A stretch of 64,000 bases of DNA from Amphiscolops sp. MND2022 (Eukaryota). The DNA is taken from assembly GCA_964187785.1 (NCBI GenBank), contig OZ076409.1:21640001-21704000 (forward strand). Reading direction: 5' to 3'. Shown here one piece after another: positions 1 to 13,879 of the stretch; the stretch's first letter is position 1; each line of letters opens with the position of its first letter. The notes under the pieces were generated by a model that was not told the DNA's origin, made no database searches, and saw only the letters and a program-made list of their open reading frames with translations. The translations under genes and the position numbers were made by a program.

Positions 1-249
1 AAATCCTATCTGTCACTAAAAAAACTACTGCAGCTCAAAACATTCAACTCAAGACGAATAAAGGGAGGGGACAAGTCAGTATAAACATACATGTACACAA
101 AAAATGAATAAAAATATGAAAAAAGAACAAATCTAGAGATTCAGAAGTTGAAACCAAAATCAGACACTTGTTCAGAGAAGGAACCTAACAAAAGGTTGAG
201 CACGAAAAAATAGACGCAACCGATTTGCGGAATCGAACTGGATTGAACA

Positions 250-3200
250 ACACAAGCTTAGTAAAGAATGAAATTTGAGAAGTGTGAAAAACTTAGACAT
301 CTACAAATATTGGCCGAACAAAACAGAGACCAGAACAGAGATTGAAACACATTCACCTAGACGGAGAAGCAACCAGCGCTGAAAAAGATAACTGCCGCGT
401 GCAAAGATTTCATCTAGTAGGAAAAACGGTTCTTTCGACAAAACATCTATCCAAAGACAAAAACACAAAAAATGTCAACAATGGTCCCATTAGCTACATA
501 TTTGACAACTGTTTACTGCTGGTTACGTTCCTACCCAAGTCTAAGTTCAGAACAAGAACGTCAACACACCCGTTAGCCACATAATAAAGAGATGGGAACA
601 ATGAAAATCAAATCCTCGTTCAGAAGATTTTCAAATTTCGAAATCTTTGGGGATAAACTGATATTTGCACTGCTAGTAACGAAGAAAGAGACAAACTCAC
701 TACTCTGTCTAGATTGGCAGAAGCATCTGGTTATCACATTGGACGCAGAAAGAACAAATATGTAAAAATCCAAGATATGGAAACAGACCAAGATATAACA
801 TGCTTGAAAAAAATTTTAAAAACATCAAAATATCATACAGTAAAAAGATCTCAATGTTTTTATAATAGAGAGGGCGACCAATACAGGTGCAACTAGAACC
901 AGCAGCCGGTAGAGAAATGCACAAACTCGGGAAAAGTCGTGTAATTGAGTGAGCAACCAACATCGACAAGCAGCCAATCGTCGCAGTGATTACCATAAAA
1001 AAGAATGATTGGTGAAAAGAGCCGTAGATTCACGCAACCTCGCTCAGGGAAAAAACTGTGAGGAATGAAACACAGATTCCAAATACGATGAATTGGATAT
1101 CCCGAAAATTAGGAAGATTAGCAGACGGAGAAACCGAAAAAATATGGACATCCAACTTTGATTGGACTGTGAATACGGTCAGCTACCCAACAACGCAGGT
1201 GCCTGTGAATATTTACATTCATTGGGGCTAACTTCAACTGTTTTGAAAGATTCAAAACATACGTTTTTTGTTTGAAAGACATACTTAACTTTTTTTAAAA
1301 AAAAACGACCAATTACCGGAAACTAAAGACCTGGCATGGCTGGATGAATCCCTAGCAGTTACAGAAGAAACTAAAGAACAACACAAGCGTGAGTTGAAAA
1401 ACGCTTTATCAAAGCTAGAAAATGCAGGTTATTGATTGAACGAAATTCAATGGGTAGTGCACAGAGTTGACCAAAAGAGTAGCAGACCTTTGACGACGAA
1501 CAAAAAACAATCCCAGTAATAAAGTAACTGAAACACTAGAACCAGAATCTTTTCTAGGAGCCAGTTAGCATTTACCAAGGATTCTAGAAAAATCGTTCTG
1601 CCCAAGCAGATTGGCCGAGACAATTGGTGGATGAGAATACGACTGCATTGGACACAAGAGCACTCAAAAGCACAAATATTTAAAAGTCATTATTGCGGAA
1701 ATACTGTGTTTGGCCCATTAAAACTTCAATTTTGTTAACACGAAAACAACCGAGGCAATGCCCGAACTTCTGGGGCTACTATATAACAAGAACAACTAAA
1801 TGGGGTGTTCTAAAACCAATAGAACTTGAGGGTAGATTTCTCTAAAGCACTAACAAAAAGTAGGGTTTGAAAGAAAAAAAGTTACAAGCAATAGCTTGCG
1901 GTCTAGAACTCTTGAATAGAAAATCAACGGTTCGTCAAGCACTAGAACTCATTCCACACATTGAAAGAATCCCCCCGAGCATAGTATACAGCGCCCGAAT
2001 ATTTCGCTGATTGAACCGGTCAGCTCATTTTACAATTACCAAAACCGTTTTACAGTCAACCAAGAGCACTTTCTGATCACATCAGCAATAATAGAATTGC
2101 ATCAACGCGAAAAGACGAGCAGTACCACGCAGAAAACCTAACAAACAGCATCTTTCCGTACTACGATTTGGGTTCAAAGCCGTAGCAACCATGTTAACCA
2201 ACCATGAGTGAACAACTACCTACCACACACAGCGGAAAGAATCAGAGATTTGTAATGGAATGACGCGCGTGAACAAATTGCCATTGATGGCCTTAAACGC
2301 ATTGAATACCACAGCATTTCAATTTTACCGCATCACAAAACAAAGGTATTGGACGCCAGGACCATTGATAACTTATGGAAGGTGGACGCGTCACAAGAAA
2401 TATCGGATCTAACTGGGAGGTGTCGAAACCTAGTTTAGCTAGAGATTTACCGACAATCAATTGGGAAATGGAAGAAGTATGGAGACAAATTTCTCCAGAT
2501 TCGGATCAAAGGAGAATTATGGAAAAGAAACTGGGCAAAACTGTTCGCAGATAGGAAAACCGAGCCGATGAAATAGGAAACCGGCCCCCACCACAGAACA
2601 GACAGAAATATTTTTTTGACTGGGAATTCACTTAACTTTCCGATTTCCGGGCCAACATACAGCCCCGACGCTATCACTTTCCAAAGACAAGAAGAACAAC
2701 TACGCCCATCAATAGAAGCTGAATCCACATCAATAGAAAAAGAAGAAGTTTCGGGCAGTTCAGGCCAATCGTCATCAGTATTGGAGGTATCGACAAATGA
2801 CTGCGCAATTGAATCGGAGTAAACAGTGTACAATACATTAAAAGAGGTCATTGAAGTATCCCATAGGGGAAGAGCTGTTGAAAAAAGGTATGGACTGGTG
2901 TTCTCGAAGATAAATCAGTGGTACCGGTCAATCTTCGCACAACAATCATTTCACTGGTCCACAAAAGGCCACCTGGCCATCGGGAAAATGATTCTTGCAG
3001 CGCAACGTTTTTGGTTGCCGAATTACCAGAAGCACAACTAAAACGTTTAAAATTTGTCTATCACTCGTAAGTGCGCCACACAAAGACATCCATTTAGATT
3101 GAATTGAACCAATCACGGATCAGTATTGTCGAATTTATTTTTTACTCTTCTTTGATATGTATAGTGAATTTCTTTGCAAAACCCCGGCGGAAAAATGGCT

Positions 3201-4280
3201 GTAAAGTTTCTGAAACAAGACATTCAACTTAAGGGGATACCAAGAATAATTCACATCGACAGCACATCGACAATCACAGTCCATCAATTCCGAAATTATT
3301 GCAAGAACCACTTCTTCTCGCTGGTATACATTAGAAGGTAAAGTCACACTCCGACGAGTGGTTGAGCAGCTGGTCCGCACACTGAAAGAACCTGCCCATA
3401 AACATTAAAATGTGGGAGTTTTTCGCAAAAGCGCTCGATATGGTACTCATCGTAACGCGAACTATTCCGCACACCACACTAAAAAAATCCGTGTTTGAAT
3501 CAGAAGTTGGAACCCAAGACGGAGTTTACTTAAGAGACGTCCACGGTGTATCTGGAACCGCGCAGCATCGGCATTACTGGAAAGCTACGAGGACAACATC
3601 AACAAGCATTACTTTCAAATATGGGCCGCTAATAATCATAACAGATCACATGTCGGATACCGACATAGACCAAGCAAAACAAGAGACCGGGTATTCAAAC
3701 CAAGAGATTCAAATTGAAGTCAAATACGGTAAAATAATATGTAATTATTTCCAAAAAGGGGCGAATACACATGACGCATCAATCAGAGTTGGAACAAATT
3801 AGCAACCTTTAGGCGACTCCCCAAAAGATCTAGCTCAGTACAAGAGACACCAGAAAAAAAGAAAAAGTCTTCGACTGTCAAAAAGACTCGGAACACTGAA
3901 TCAATAGTTGAATAAGAAAACTCCAACATCCAGCCCAATTAGACGAAACAGATCCTCTCGCCGCTAATGAGGACGACGGAACGGTTGCTGGAGCCAAGCA
4001 GGGATGACGGCCAGTGAAACGGCCAGGAGATTACAGAAACCCATCAAAATGGAACCGTCCATGAAATTGCTGAATTCTGGAGAAACAAGCAACCCATAGT
4101 GGACGAACATCAACCGCACCCACTACGATAGCAACAACCACACTTTGGAGGGTTGTCCTCCAATAGTTGGTAGGATGAAAAGCAACAGCGACACTTTTCA
4201 GAACTGTTACATAGTTACATAACATCGTTATTTTTTCAGTTATCATTATACACTTCCAAGTTACTGTCTTTCTTATCAAG
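250..4280 (+). mobile_element. Decayed Ty3/gypsy-type LTR retrotransposon pol remnant (protease-RT-RNaseH-integrase), many stops and frameshifts
   Basis: Degenerate motifs occur in gypsy order. Protease-like NGPISYIFD (~480) and LLCLDWQK (~700). RT: AVITIKKN..VKRAVDSR (~980-1035), EYGQLP (~1170), WLDE for the WLDD/YxDD site (1337-1348), SFLGA (~1548). RNaseH-like PIELEGRFL (~1816). Integrase-like VKFLKQDIQLKGIPRIIHID (~3200-3260), VRTLKE (~3373) and RTIPHTTLKKSVFE (ORF 3410-3802). No LTRs identified; boundaries approximate. Confidence 0.8.
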
Positions 4281-4535
4281 TCATCGGAGGTTTCATTAGT
4301 ACAAAAAGTAAGCTACAGTGAAAAATTAGTTTCTGAATTTTTTCTATCATGATACCCTTAACTGGAAATACTTCTGTGGCTTGAACTTTAAGCGTTCAAA
4401 TTGTTGATCGGTACAATATGAAGGACTGGTAGTTTCTCAGAAAATTGACAGTTTTACTATTTTAAAAATTTTTCCCTAGGAAAAAACTACTTTCAGGCGG
4501 TGTTTTTTCTCAATTTGGCAAATTTTATTGTATCA

Positions 4536-4760
4536 TTTTCCGCCGACACACATTGCAGTAGGAAAATCATAATCTGTGTTGCGTTTGTTTTGTTAGAAGT
4601 TCTGCCAAATCTCCACTTTATTACTTCATTTAGTAAATTCTAGTCCCATGGCGTTGTTGGTAGTGCGTCTGCCTGGTTGATACGAGGTCGTGGGTTCGAA
4701 CCAGTGCTGAGGCGTTCCAATTTTAGAAGGAAAAATCCCGGTTCTAGCAGGCGTCTTTTT
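4536..4760 (+). mobile_element. Helentron-like non-autonomous element, family 3, with internal tRNA-like cassette (4644-4715)
   Basis: 5' TTTTCCGC...GGAAAA hairpin. 3' end has GGAAAA subTIR, a decayed CCCG hairpin and CGTCTT. Interior matches the reverse complement of 29601-29900. A box TGGCGTTGTTGG and B box GGTTCGAACC are present. Confidence 0.6.
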
Positions 4761-5239
4761 TAATCGAGAGGCGTAGTTGCACTGCGATATATTACGTACA
4801 ATTTGCTCTATAATAGTGAGTAATATGCCTCTGGAGACAAATCAGACAACTTTCTCTCAATTGATTGACAGCATTCTTTTGGTATTGTACACTGTAAATA
4901 ATCTCTACGTACTAGGAAACTAAATCTTGCACTTTCGTACTCGCGCTTTCCAACAAATTTGAAAACAAAGATATTCATAACCGAGCCTTGAGAAAGACAA
5001 AAATATGACTCCAAAGGAACCACATTGTCGCAGTCCCTTATGATAAGGGATAAGGGTTTTGTTTGATGAGAAGGGCTTCTTACGACAGCAAGTGGAAAGA
5101 TATTTTGGAGCTAGTAAATTTGTTGAGCTTGATGGCAAAATCAACCGTTCATGATAGCTGAACAGCGTTTCAATGCTAAACTTCTGGATCTGTGAAAAAA
5201 ACATTGACTACCAAGGATTTTAATTGGAAGATTCGATCT

Positions 5240-6626
5240 TGTGGGGGGGGGCAACCAGCTAGATTTTATTGTATGGCTTAAGTCCATAAACAAAACTGTT
5301 ATCCTCGACCGGTTTTTTCAATGACCGGTACTATGTACCATCTGTTGTCCAAGGAACAAGCGTCGACCAGTAACAAGCTACCCCAAAAGCTGAAATCAAC
5401 TGCAATGCACAAGAAATCAACAGAAAGAAACCTCAGCCAATTGAAGTTACACGATGACGAACAGCTCATTAGTTTAGATTTTGTGATTCTGTTCACCAAT
5501 GTACCTGTTGATGAGGCAATAGACTACAGAGCTGAACTACTCTTTGAACAGGAGGATGTTCTTCAGCTTCTCTCTGACTACTTTTGTTACAATTTTGCGA
5601 TTGGTCATCACATGTATAGTTGTTGCAGCAAACTTTGGGAATTTCAAACAATATGATGGCGTGGCAATGGGGAGCTCAGTTTATGTCGAGGTATGATAAG
5701 GAACTTGAAAGTTGCTCGCTCTCCCTTTAACTGAAGGTACATGGACGACACTTTGCGTACTATAATCAATGGTGGCAAGGGTTATCTACTGGAATATGTC
5801 AACACTTTTCATCCAAAATTAAGGTTTACTTTAGGAACCTTACCCAGTGACGATCTCTTTTCTTGACCTGAGGTTTACACAAAAAATGGCACGATTCAAT
5901 GGTCACGGTTCCTGGAAGACGGACACTGGAGTGCTGTTAAAGTTTCATGCTCTTGTTCCAAAAGTGTACAAGTTTAGTCACCGTGCTGGATGGTTGTACC
6001 TGATGTTCAACACCATTTAGTCTTTGGAAAATTTCCATTTGAGGTGGTCAGCTGCTCAGGTGTTATACAATAATCAGCACCTGAATTGTTTGATTTATTC
6101 AACTCGCCGGAGGACATTGGATAAGATTTTAACTTGACTGTGTGGAAAAAACCCACGGCTCAAACTTCGAAAGTTTTAGATTCAAAAATTACACAGGGTC
6201 TAGAATATCGGGCGAGGTCACTGAGAACTTTGGTGAAAACTTGACGATATTGGTAAATTGCAACACCTATTTCACTTCAAACAACACTCTCATCAAGTAT
6301 CCATTCTCAAGACACAAGTTTCTTCTGAGTTGCATGATTGGTTTGTTTACAAAATAACGTGCTCTCAATGTAAAGGGAATCTACGTAGGTCAAACCACAC
6401 GCCACCTACAAACGCATATCAAGGAACATATGATGAAGAGCAGTCTTTTGGGGAAACACTTTCGTGATTGGAAATCCATCCTTGTTTCAACACATGTGGA
6501 TGTTTTGGACAGCACAAGATTAAGGAGGAGTCACTGGCACTGGATGCAGTTTACATCAAACGCTTGAAGCCGACATTGAACACCAAGGACTAACACCGCA
6601 GTCACACCCTGAACTACGCATTCTGA
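5240..6626 (+). mobile_element. Decayed Penelope-like retroelement (RT + GIY-YIG endonuclease)
   Basis: RT motifs: GQPARFY.M.*VHK, PRPVFSMTG, LISLDFVILFTNVPVDEAI, QYDGVAMGS, RYMDD (5735-5749), NTFHPKLRFT. GIY-YIG region: VYKITCSQC, frameshift, IYVGQTTRHLQTHIKEH, then YIKRLKPTLNTKD. Confidence 0.88.
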
Positions 6627-7439
6627 TGCTAGTAATCAACCTCGCTTTTCATTTAATTGTGGCAGTACCTGCTATACAATTTAGTTTTATCTTTATCTGT
6701 GTCTTTTTTTCAATTATCATGATTTTTCATTTTCTGATGATTAACAAATTGTTCCAAACGTGTCATTCAATCTTAAGAACCCATTGATTTTCATCTTCAC
6801 AAAGTTGAAAATAATGTAGAAAAATCGGATATGAAGCATTTTTGTGTTCAACAGAAAACGGTAATTATGTTTTTCGAACTGCAAAAAACAGCATGTCGGC
6901 ATTGTTGCCAAGTAAATCCTGAATTGACTCAAAAAGTGGGCTTTTACTTTGCTTGAAAAATCGAAAAACTGAGTAGTAATTTTTTGGATTATTCTTCGGA
7001 ATGAAAAAAAGAATGCACAGTGCCGAATCAAAACCAGAGGGGGACTACATTCTCGCAAAAGGCTGTGTAGTTGCTGAAACATTGAAATACTTGAAAAAAG
7101 AAAAAAAAAATTTTAAAAAGTCTCACAAAACGGCCGCCCTTGTGTTTGCCCTCCACGTTTGCTAGCATTGAAATCTTTTGACCCACATATGACCCATTTA
7201 CCCCTGCTGACCGGATCCTGTCATCACATAAAGACTAGGCCATGCGGAAAGTTCTTTCCAGCTTTCTATCAGCTTTCTATCTGGCAGCTATTTGCCAAAA
7301 GTGTTCAGAATTGTCCCGTTTTTGGTTTCTTAAACGTTTTCTGTGAACAAACTTTTAAAAGCGAAACATGCATAGCTAGCGTACAGTTGGTTCTTATCGC
7401 TGCAAAGATTACGTAATACGATTCAACGCGTTCAAAACA

Positions 7440-8332
7440 ATGACTACACAAACGCTTCAAAAACTAAACTTGCTTGATCTTACTGATGGAAATTCTGTTC
7501 GATCTTTATTTCAAGAATTGATACAACTTATTGATAATCAAAAAGACGAGATTACTAAATTAAGAACTGATTATGATGAACTTAAAAACGAAAAGGACGA
7601 ACTGGGAAAAAGAATAACGAAAATGGAACGATACTCTTCTTATATGTGTCTGACATTCCATGGTATTCGAGATGGTGGTGAGTACCCGGTACATAAAATT
7701 GTGGAAATCATCAGGTCAGTACATATTCCAATCGAGCCTTGTGATATTGCAGCATGTCATTATCTTCCCGGTGATGGGAGAAACAAACCAATTATCGTTA
7801 AATTTCTTTACAATCATCAACGTGATAAAGTTTGGGAACAACGTAATTCTTTTTTTGATCCCCAAACAAAGTCAATTATTTATGTCAACGAAAGGCTTGC
7901 TGAAAATGATCGCGACGTTTACAACTACTGTAGAAAAGAAAAACACTTCATAACAGCTACTCACAAAAATCAAGTACGAGTCAAGGTTTCGGAACATGAT
8001 AAAACATGGTACCCGGTGGACAGCCGTATACAAGCTGATGCTATTGGGAACAAAATGGTCTCCTCGAGCGAGCTCACTGAGTGGGGCATGGAAAATATCC
8101 CACTAACGAAGTAAACATGGATGAAAAGAAAACACCGGCCAAACGAAATCGACACGTTGCATTTAATTCTCCCTCAAACGAGAAACAACCTGATCAGAGT
8201 GACAAGCTGGATAAATTATTCAATCTCACTGTGAAACTTTTTACGTTACTGGTAGAGAAACAGTCGCCGCCATCAAAAAAAGCTGCAAACCAAGACGAAC
8301 GCAATAAAGAATCTAATGGAAGCAGTGATTGA
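7440..8332 (+). CDS. LINE ORF1 (coiled coil + L1-type RNA-binding region), probably one ORF split by an indel near 8081-8090
   Basis: ORF 7440-8114 has a coiled-coil N-terminus and the motifs DIAACHYLP, KPIIVKF and IYVNERL. Overlapping ORF 8081-8332 in another frame ends 24 nt before ORF2. Confidence 0.8.
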
Positions 8333-8356
8333 GAATCCTGAAACAAAAATTCTGAA

Positions 8357-11204
8357 ATGTCAGCTTTTTCTTTTCATGATGAAGCACCAAAAAGATCAAC
8401 CATTTTAGGCCTAAACGTTCAATCTTTGAGATTCCATCAACCTGACTTAGCTTTGCTTCTCGATACGATGACAAGTAAACCTGACATTATATTATTAACG
8501 GAAACTTGGTTAACTGAAAATGACCCTATAGATAAGTTGAACATCAAAAGATATCAACCTTTTGAATCAAAACCTCGAACCTTTTCTAAACGAAGGTCGG
8601 GCGGTGTAGGAGCATATTTTTCAGAGGCATGTGAGTATCAGTCGATCAATTTTGAAACTGTTATCGAATGCGCAATATACCAAGTGACATTTTTTGATAA
8701 AAAGATGGTTTTTTGTGTTTTATATAGACCCGAGACATTCAGACTAGCCAGATTTTTCGAGGAATTGGAGAAACTACTGTATTTCTTAAGTTCAATGAAC
8801 CAGGAAATTTTAATCTTCGGAGATTTCAACATCGACACACTGAAAGACGAGAAAGCTCAACGAGATTACAAAAATGTGCTAAGTGCTTATAATCTAGGAA
8901 TAAGAAATTTCGAGCCAACACGGGTAACACCGACGTCAAAAACGTGTATCGATCATTTTATTACAACTAATGCATTTGAAACTGAAACCTTGCAAACAAC
9001 AATAAGCGATCATTTCACGGTTTCCGCTCAAGTATCTCATAATTTAGCAAACAAACAACATGATCCACCATGTTCTAAAGTTCGGAATTTAAAAAACCTT
9101 AAAGGGGAAAAGGCACTAAATTTTCTCTTTCTTCTCGATCAAAAGTTGAAAAAACTCCCACAACATATGAATGCAAATGATTACATGGACGCATTGGCAA
9201 AAACAATCATGGAAACAGTAGATAAATTTGCACCTGAAAAGCGTGCTGAGAATAATAAAAAACATTTCAAGGAGACTTGGATCACTAACGAAATCAAAAA
9301 TGCAATTGTAAAAAGGAATATTTTGTTCGAAAAATGGATTCAAAATCCCGCAAAAACGAATCGCGAACGATACAAAACTGCACGTAATAACGTTACCAAA
9401 TTAATCCGAAAAGAAAAAAGAAACGAAAATTTCGAAAAAACTGGGGGAAAATCCAACACCCAAGCAAATCTACAAAACGTTGAAAACGAAGAAAAATCTG
9501 GCAGAAAACGCAAATAATCTCCCTGACGTTGAAATTTTAAATAATTATTTTCTTTCTGTCGGGTCACTTTTGTCCAAAAAAATTCAAGAAACATCTTCAA
9601 CTTTCCCTATTGAAATGCAACCAAAGACTATGCTCTTGAGCGAAACTAATGAACAGGAGATTTCCAAGATCTTATGCAAAATGAAAAACAAGAAGAATAC
9701 AGGTTATGATGGAATCTCAAACGAAATTTTGAAATGTTGTTCTCCCATCATTGAATGCTATCTTGCAAAAGCCGTAAACAAATGCATAACGGAAGAAATT
9801 TTTCCCGAATGTTTGAAAGTATCGAAGGTCATTCCTTTGCACAAGAAAGGTGATAAAAAAGAACCAGGAAACTACAGACCTATCAGTTTGTTAAGCCCCT
9901 TGAGCAAAGTTTTTGAATCTGTTCTCCTTAAAAGGATGTTAGGCTTTAGTGAAAAGAGTAAACTCATATCTTTAAATCAGTTCGGTTTCAGACCTAAAAA
10001 GTCATGTATCCACGCGATCGCTAAAATTACTGAGTATATCAGAGATTCAATTGATAGAAAGGAAACAGGACAAGCCTGCTTCGTCGATTTGAGTAAAGCA
10101 TTTGACACGATTGATCATTCAATTTTATTACGCAAACTGGAAATAAATGGTTTCAGAGGAAAAATTTTCAACCTAATTGAAACTTTCTTAACCAACCGAT
10201 TACAATACATTGACTCTCTTGACAAGACATCAAAGAAAGGTAAAGTTTTATGTGGTGTTCCACAAGGATCAGTGCTAGGCCCTTTTCTTTTTCTACTGTA
10301 TATTAATGACCTAGACAATGCTTGCACCGAAAGTTCTTTAACAATGTTCGCGGACGACACGACAGTTATCAAAGCAGGTCGTAGAACTGATTCTCTTATC
10401 CGCAAAGATGTGAAAGTAATGACCCATTGGTTCGATGCTAACAAATTGACAATCAATGTCGATAAATGTGAAGCGATTCATTTTGGAAGGGGCATACCTG
10501 ATGAAGTTCAGATCAAAGATAACCATTTACATTACAAACCCTGTTGCAAATATTTAGGTGTTTACATTGATCCAACGCTGACTTTCAGAGACCACATAGA
10601 TTATGTTGTGAAAAAACTGAATAAATTCTGCGGTTTAATTTACCACGTAAGGCATCTGTACCCTAAAAAATGTTTGTTAATGTTTTACAACGCGTATGCT
10701 AAATCGATCATAACATATGGCTTATTAATTTACGGAGCCGCGGCCAAAACTAATCTATCTAGAATTGAGAGTGTACAAAGAAGAATTCTACGAGCTATTT
10801 TTTTCAGAAAACGACAAGATTCCTTGCAAGAAATACTTGCTGTGAACAAAATAAATACTGTCTACGAGCTTTTCTTGAACGAAGTGGTTTCTGAAGTTTT
10901 CAAAGAAATGAGATCTGATTCTCCATTGAAATTACTAGACTTTGAAAAATTGCCCAAGTCCAACACGACAACAAGATGGAACTCGAAAGGAGTTTTCGCT
11001 CCAATTGCGTCTCGAACTGTAGTCAAGAAAAAATGTTTAGCAAATTCATTAATGAAAGCTTATAATTGGTTGACTGAATTGAACCTAATACCCCCTAACT
11101 TGCTAAATTTGAGCCAAGAGCAATTGAAAAAACATCTAAAACTTGTCAACGACCTATACATCACTGACAATAAAGAACTTTTTTGTCTCTATTTTTGTGC
11201 CTAA
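8357..11204 (+). CDS. LINE ORF2: apurinic-type endonuclease + reverse transcriptase, one frameshift at ~9435-9440
   Basis: APE motifs LNVQSL, LTETWL, GGVG, YRP, GDFNID, PTR, CIDH, SDH. RT motifs NYRPISLL, QFGFR, DLSKAFD, GVPQGSVLGP, FADD, KYLG. Removing one A from GAAAAAAC restores FEKLGENPTPKQIYKTLK. Confidence 0.93.
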
Positions 11205-12479
11205 AACATTTAACCGAGCAAGATAGCATGCAAGTTGGTGCTTCTATTATATGCAAAAAGGGCACTAGCTCGAAGAGCAATTATGCTCATCTGGTGTCCT
11301 AACTGGATAAATTGAATGATAAATAATTATTTGTATTATTTTTTTTCATGCTATCCAGTTAAATAAACTTCTACTTCTACTTCTACAATAATTTGTTCCT
11401 TAGAATACGTTTTCGTGCAGATATTTGAACTTTTCTTGAAATACAAAAAATACTGTTATGCTTCAATTGTTAACCTCTTTTTCCATTGTTACTGAGCATC
11501 GGGAACTGACATTTTTTAGCTCCTTATTTTTCAAATATAGAAGAATCAGATTTTCCAACCTCCTTGGGCAATTTTTTTTAAAAACGATGATATGGTTTTA
11601 AAAATTTGCTGTTAAAAATCTTGAACTGATAGATTGACGTTTGCCTTTCTAATAAAGAACAGTGCACGCCAATTTGCTTTCTGTTATTTGTCATTTCTAT
11701 TGTTTTGAAAAGCTGTACTGCACCAAATTTTTGTACTTAGTGGCTTTTTATCATAGCGTTGACTTACACTGTAGAATGGTATTCGAAACTTTTCCACACA
11801 AGTGTACCTTAATTATACTCTAATGTAACGACCAGCAGATTAACTCTAGTCGAAAACGGTTAGCTTTCATCATTTTTATGATTTTATTGTTTATTTTCAG
11901 TGTTTTCAAGAAAATGAAAACTTTTATTAAATTGGGGTGTAAATGTTTTTTTTTCAAATCAAATTATGATTTTTTCAATTTTCACCACCAGAAACTACTG
12001 AACTCATAAAAATTGTTGTCCATGGCCGAAACCGCCACTCGCCTTTGATGTTCGGGCAGCACTATACCTTTTTTCAAAGTTTGGAATGCTGGACGAGAAC
12101 AAAGATTTCCTAATTCTAAGGTTCTCTCGGTACTGTGCCATTTTTCGAAATTTTTTTAAATCATGTAGTTTCTCCTATGAGCTTTTGGTTCGTTGGAAAA
12201 GCCGTTTTTCAGCTTTAAGGGCCCCCATTAAGGACCATTATTACAAAATTTTTCTTCAAAATTTTGAATTTCGGAAATTGCCATTTTCCAACAAATTAAA
12301 AAAAGTTTTGTACCTGAATTTTTCCACAGACACTAACTGCCATAACGTAAGGTTCGTAGCAAAAGTATATCTTATGTTATTTGAACTTTTGTTTGGAAAA
12401 AAAAGACTTCAAAAGATGCCCCAAAAATGACCCCGAATTTCAAAAAATTTTCCACCGTTTGACCATTTTCAGGCATTAA

Positions 12480-13063
12480 CCTCGACAGTACACGAGAAGT
12501 TGAAAAAGTGACAAAAAATAGGAAAAATTTTTTCAAAGCCTAATTTCTCCACGAATAATAGCGACAGCTCAAATCGGTTTTTTGCTCCTGAAAGCCCTTC
12601 ACCTTTCAAATGGACACTAGTTAGGCTGGGAGTTGGCGCAACTTTTGGAGTGAGAGCGCCACCCCGGCGGTGCGGGCCCGGCTTCACCGGACCTTTCAAA
12701 TGCCACTCGAACTTTTCGCTGAAGCTTTCTTAAAAAAACTTCTATATGCGGTTTCAATGGTGGCAAACTGTTACTAGAGTGTGACAGTAACTTAGCAAAC
12801 AGTTGCTGTGGTATTGAGAAAAAGTTAAATTTTCTGAAAAGTATTTTTTTTGCAAATTTTCACTTTTTTTCAGTTACCTTTTTGCCGGTGGTTCGGAAAA
12901 CAAACTCTATTGACACAAGTAACAACTCGCCCCAGGTAGTCCAAAAGATTGTTGATTAGAAAAACAAAATTTCGTTTTCCTATATGCTTTTTGCGTTTCG
13001 TAATATTTTATTGATTGTGAAAAAAATCGCTGTCCTCATTTGGGGACAAAAGCACTGTCGAGG
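12480..13063. mobile_element. piggyBac-like non-autonomous element (MITE)
   Basis: TTAA at 12476-12479 and 13064-13067 flank the inverted termini CCTCGACAGT / ACTGTCGAGG. No transposase ORF. Confidence 0.75.
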
Positions 13064-13879
13064 TTAATTGGAATTCAAAGAAAGAACATGCACCGAATTC
13101 AGCGATGAAACTGAAACGACTAGCTATCATATGCTCTTTGACGAAGAGTAATGCCAATTGTAATTTAAAATAGTCCCCCTAAAATGACACACAATAAACA
13201 AATGTTTTCTTCTTAACGAAAAAAGTCCTCTTTTGACCAATTTTAGGCAATCTTGAAGTTTTGCAACTGTTGAAACATTAGTAAGGGTTCGGAACTGCTT
13301 TCAAGACAAAACTCAGAAATTGCCGACTGGTCTACTATTGTCAACTAACTCTTGAATGTTCCCATTTGTCGAGCGGATTTGTTGTTTTTCGACTACCTGT
13401 AGAACGTTTGGTTTGAGATATTTGCAGTAGCACCAACAGAACAAAATTTTCCTGTCATAAGGCTTGGTAATTCAAAATGAAGAGATGAAAACAACTTTAG
13501 AAAATAACATCTTCAAAACAAATGTTTCTTGAAACCCGATCATTTTACCCTTGTCCTCGATAACTCACTATGCACTCACAGTTTGCTCGTATGAACAATA
13601 TCTTACACATCTTTGGATTATGTCACATTTGTTATACCGCTTGTCATCCAACTCAGAATGAAGTGTTTTAAACAAGTACTTTGATTGAAAGAAAAAGAAA
13701 GGAAAGAGAAGTTTATTTCACTGGATAGTTGAAAAGACACAATTTCATCAATTTTTATGAAGAAAACATACATCCAGCCAGGAGAGCGGATGAGCTTAAG
13801 CAGCTCTTTTAGCGTCTATCTTTAAAATCAAATTTATAAAAAGAAATGTTTTGTACAAAATTGGTGTGTCGAATTTCTA

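Larger units (their letters stand above)
7130..11387 (+). mobile_element. Near-intact non-LTR retrotransposon (LINE, CR1/L2-group)
   Basis: 5'UTR, ORF1, APE-RT ORF2, and a 3'UTR with stem-loops (GAGCAattaTGCTC; TAACTGGATA...TATCCAGTTA). AATAAA is followed by a (CTTCTA)3 tail. The element lies in a HINE-family-1 remnant, with ACAA at both junctions. Confidence 0.93.

Noticed and set aside
4644..4715. Genuine tRNA gene (also 35254-35312, 60006-60068, 29660-29770)
   Set aside because: A/B boxes are present but the acceptor and anticodon stems do not pair properly, and all lie inside dispersed repeats.
9431..9450. Programmed -1 frameshift at AAAAAAC in LINE ORF2
   Set aside because: The downstream RT frame is +1 relative to the endonuclease frame, so a simple extra base explains it.
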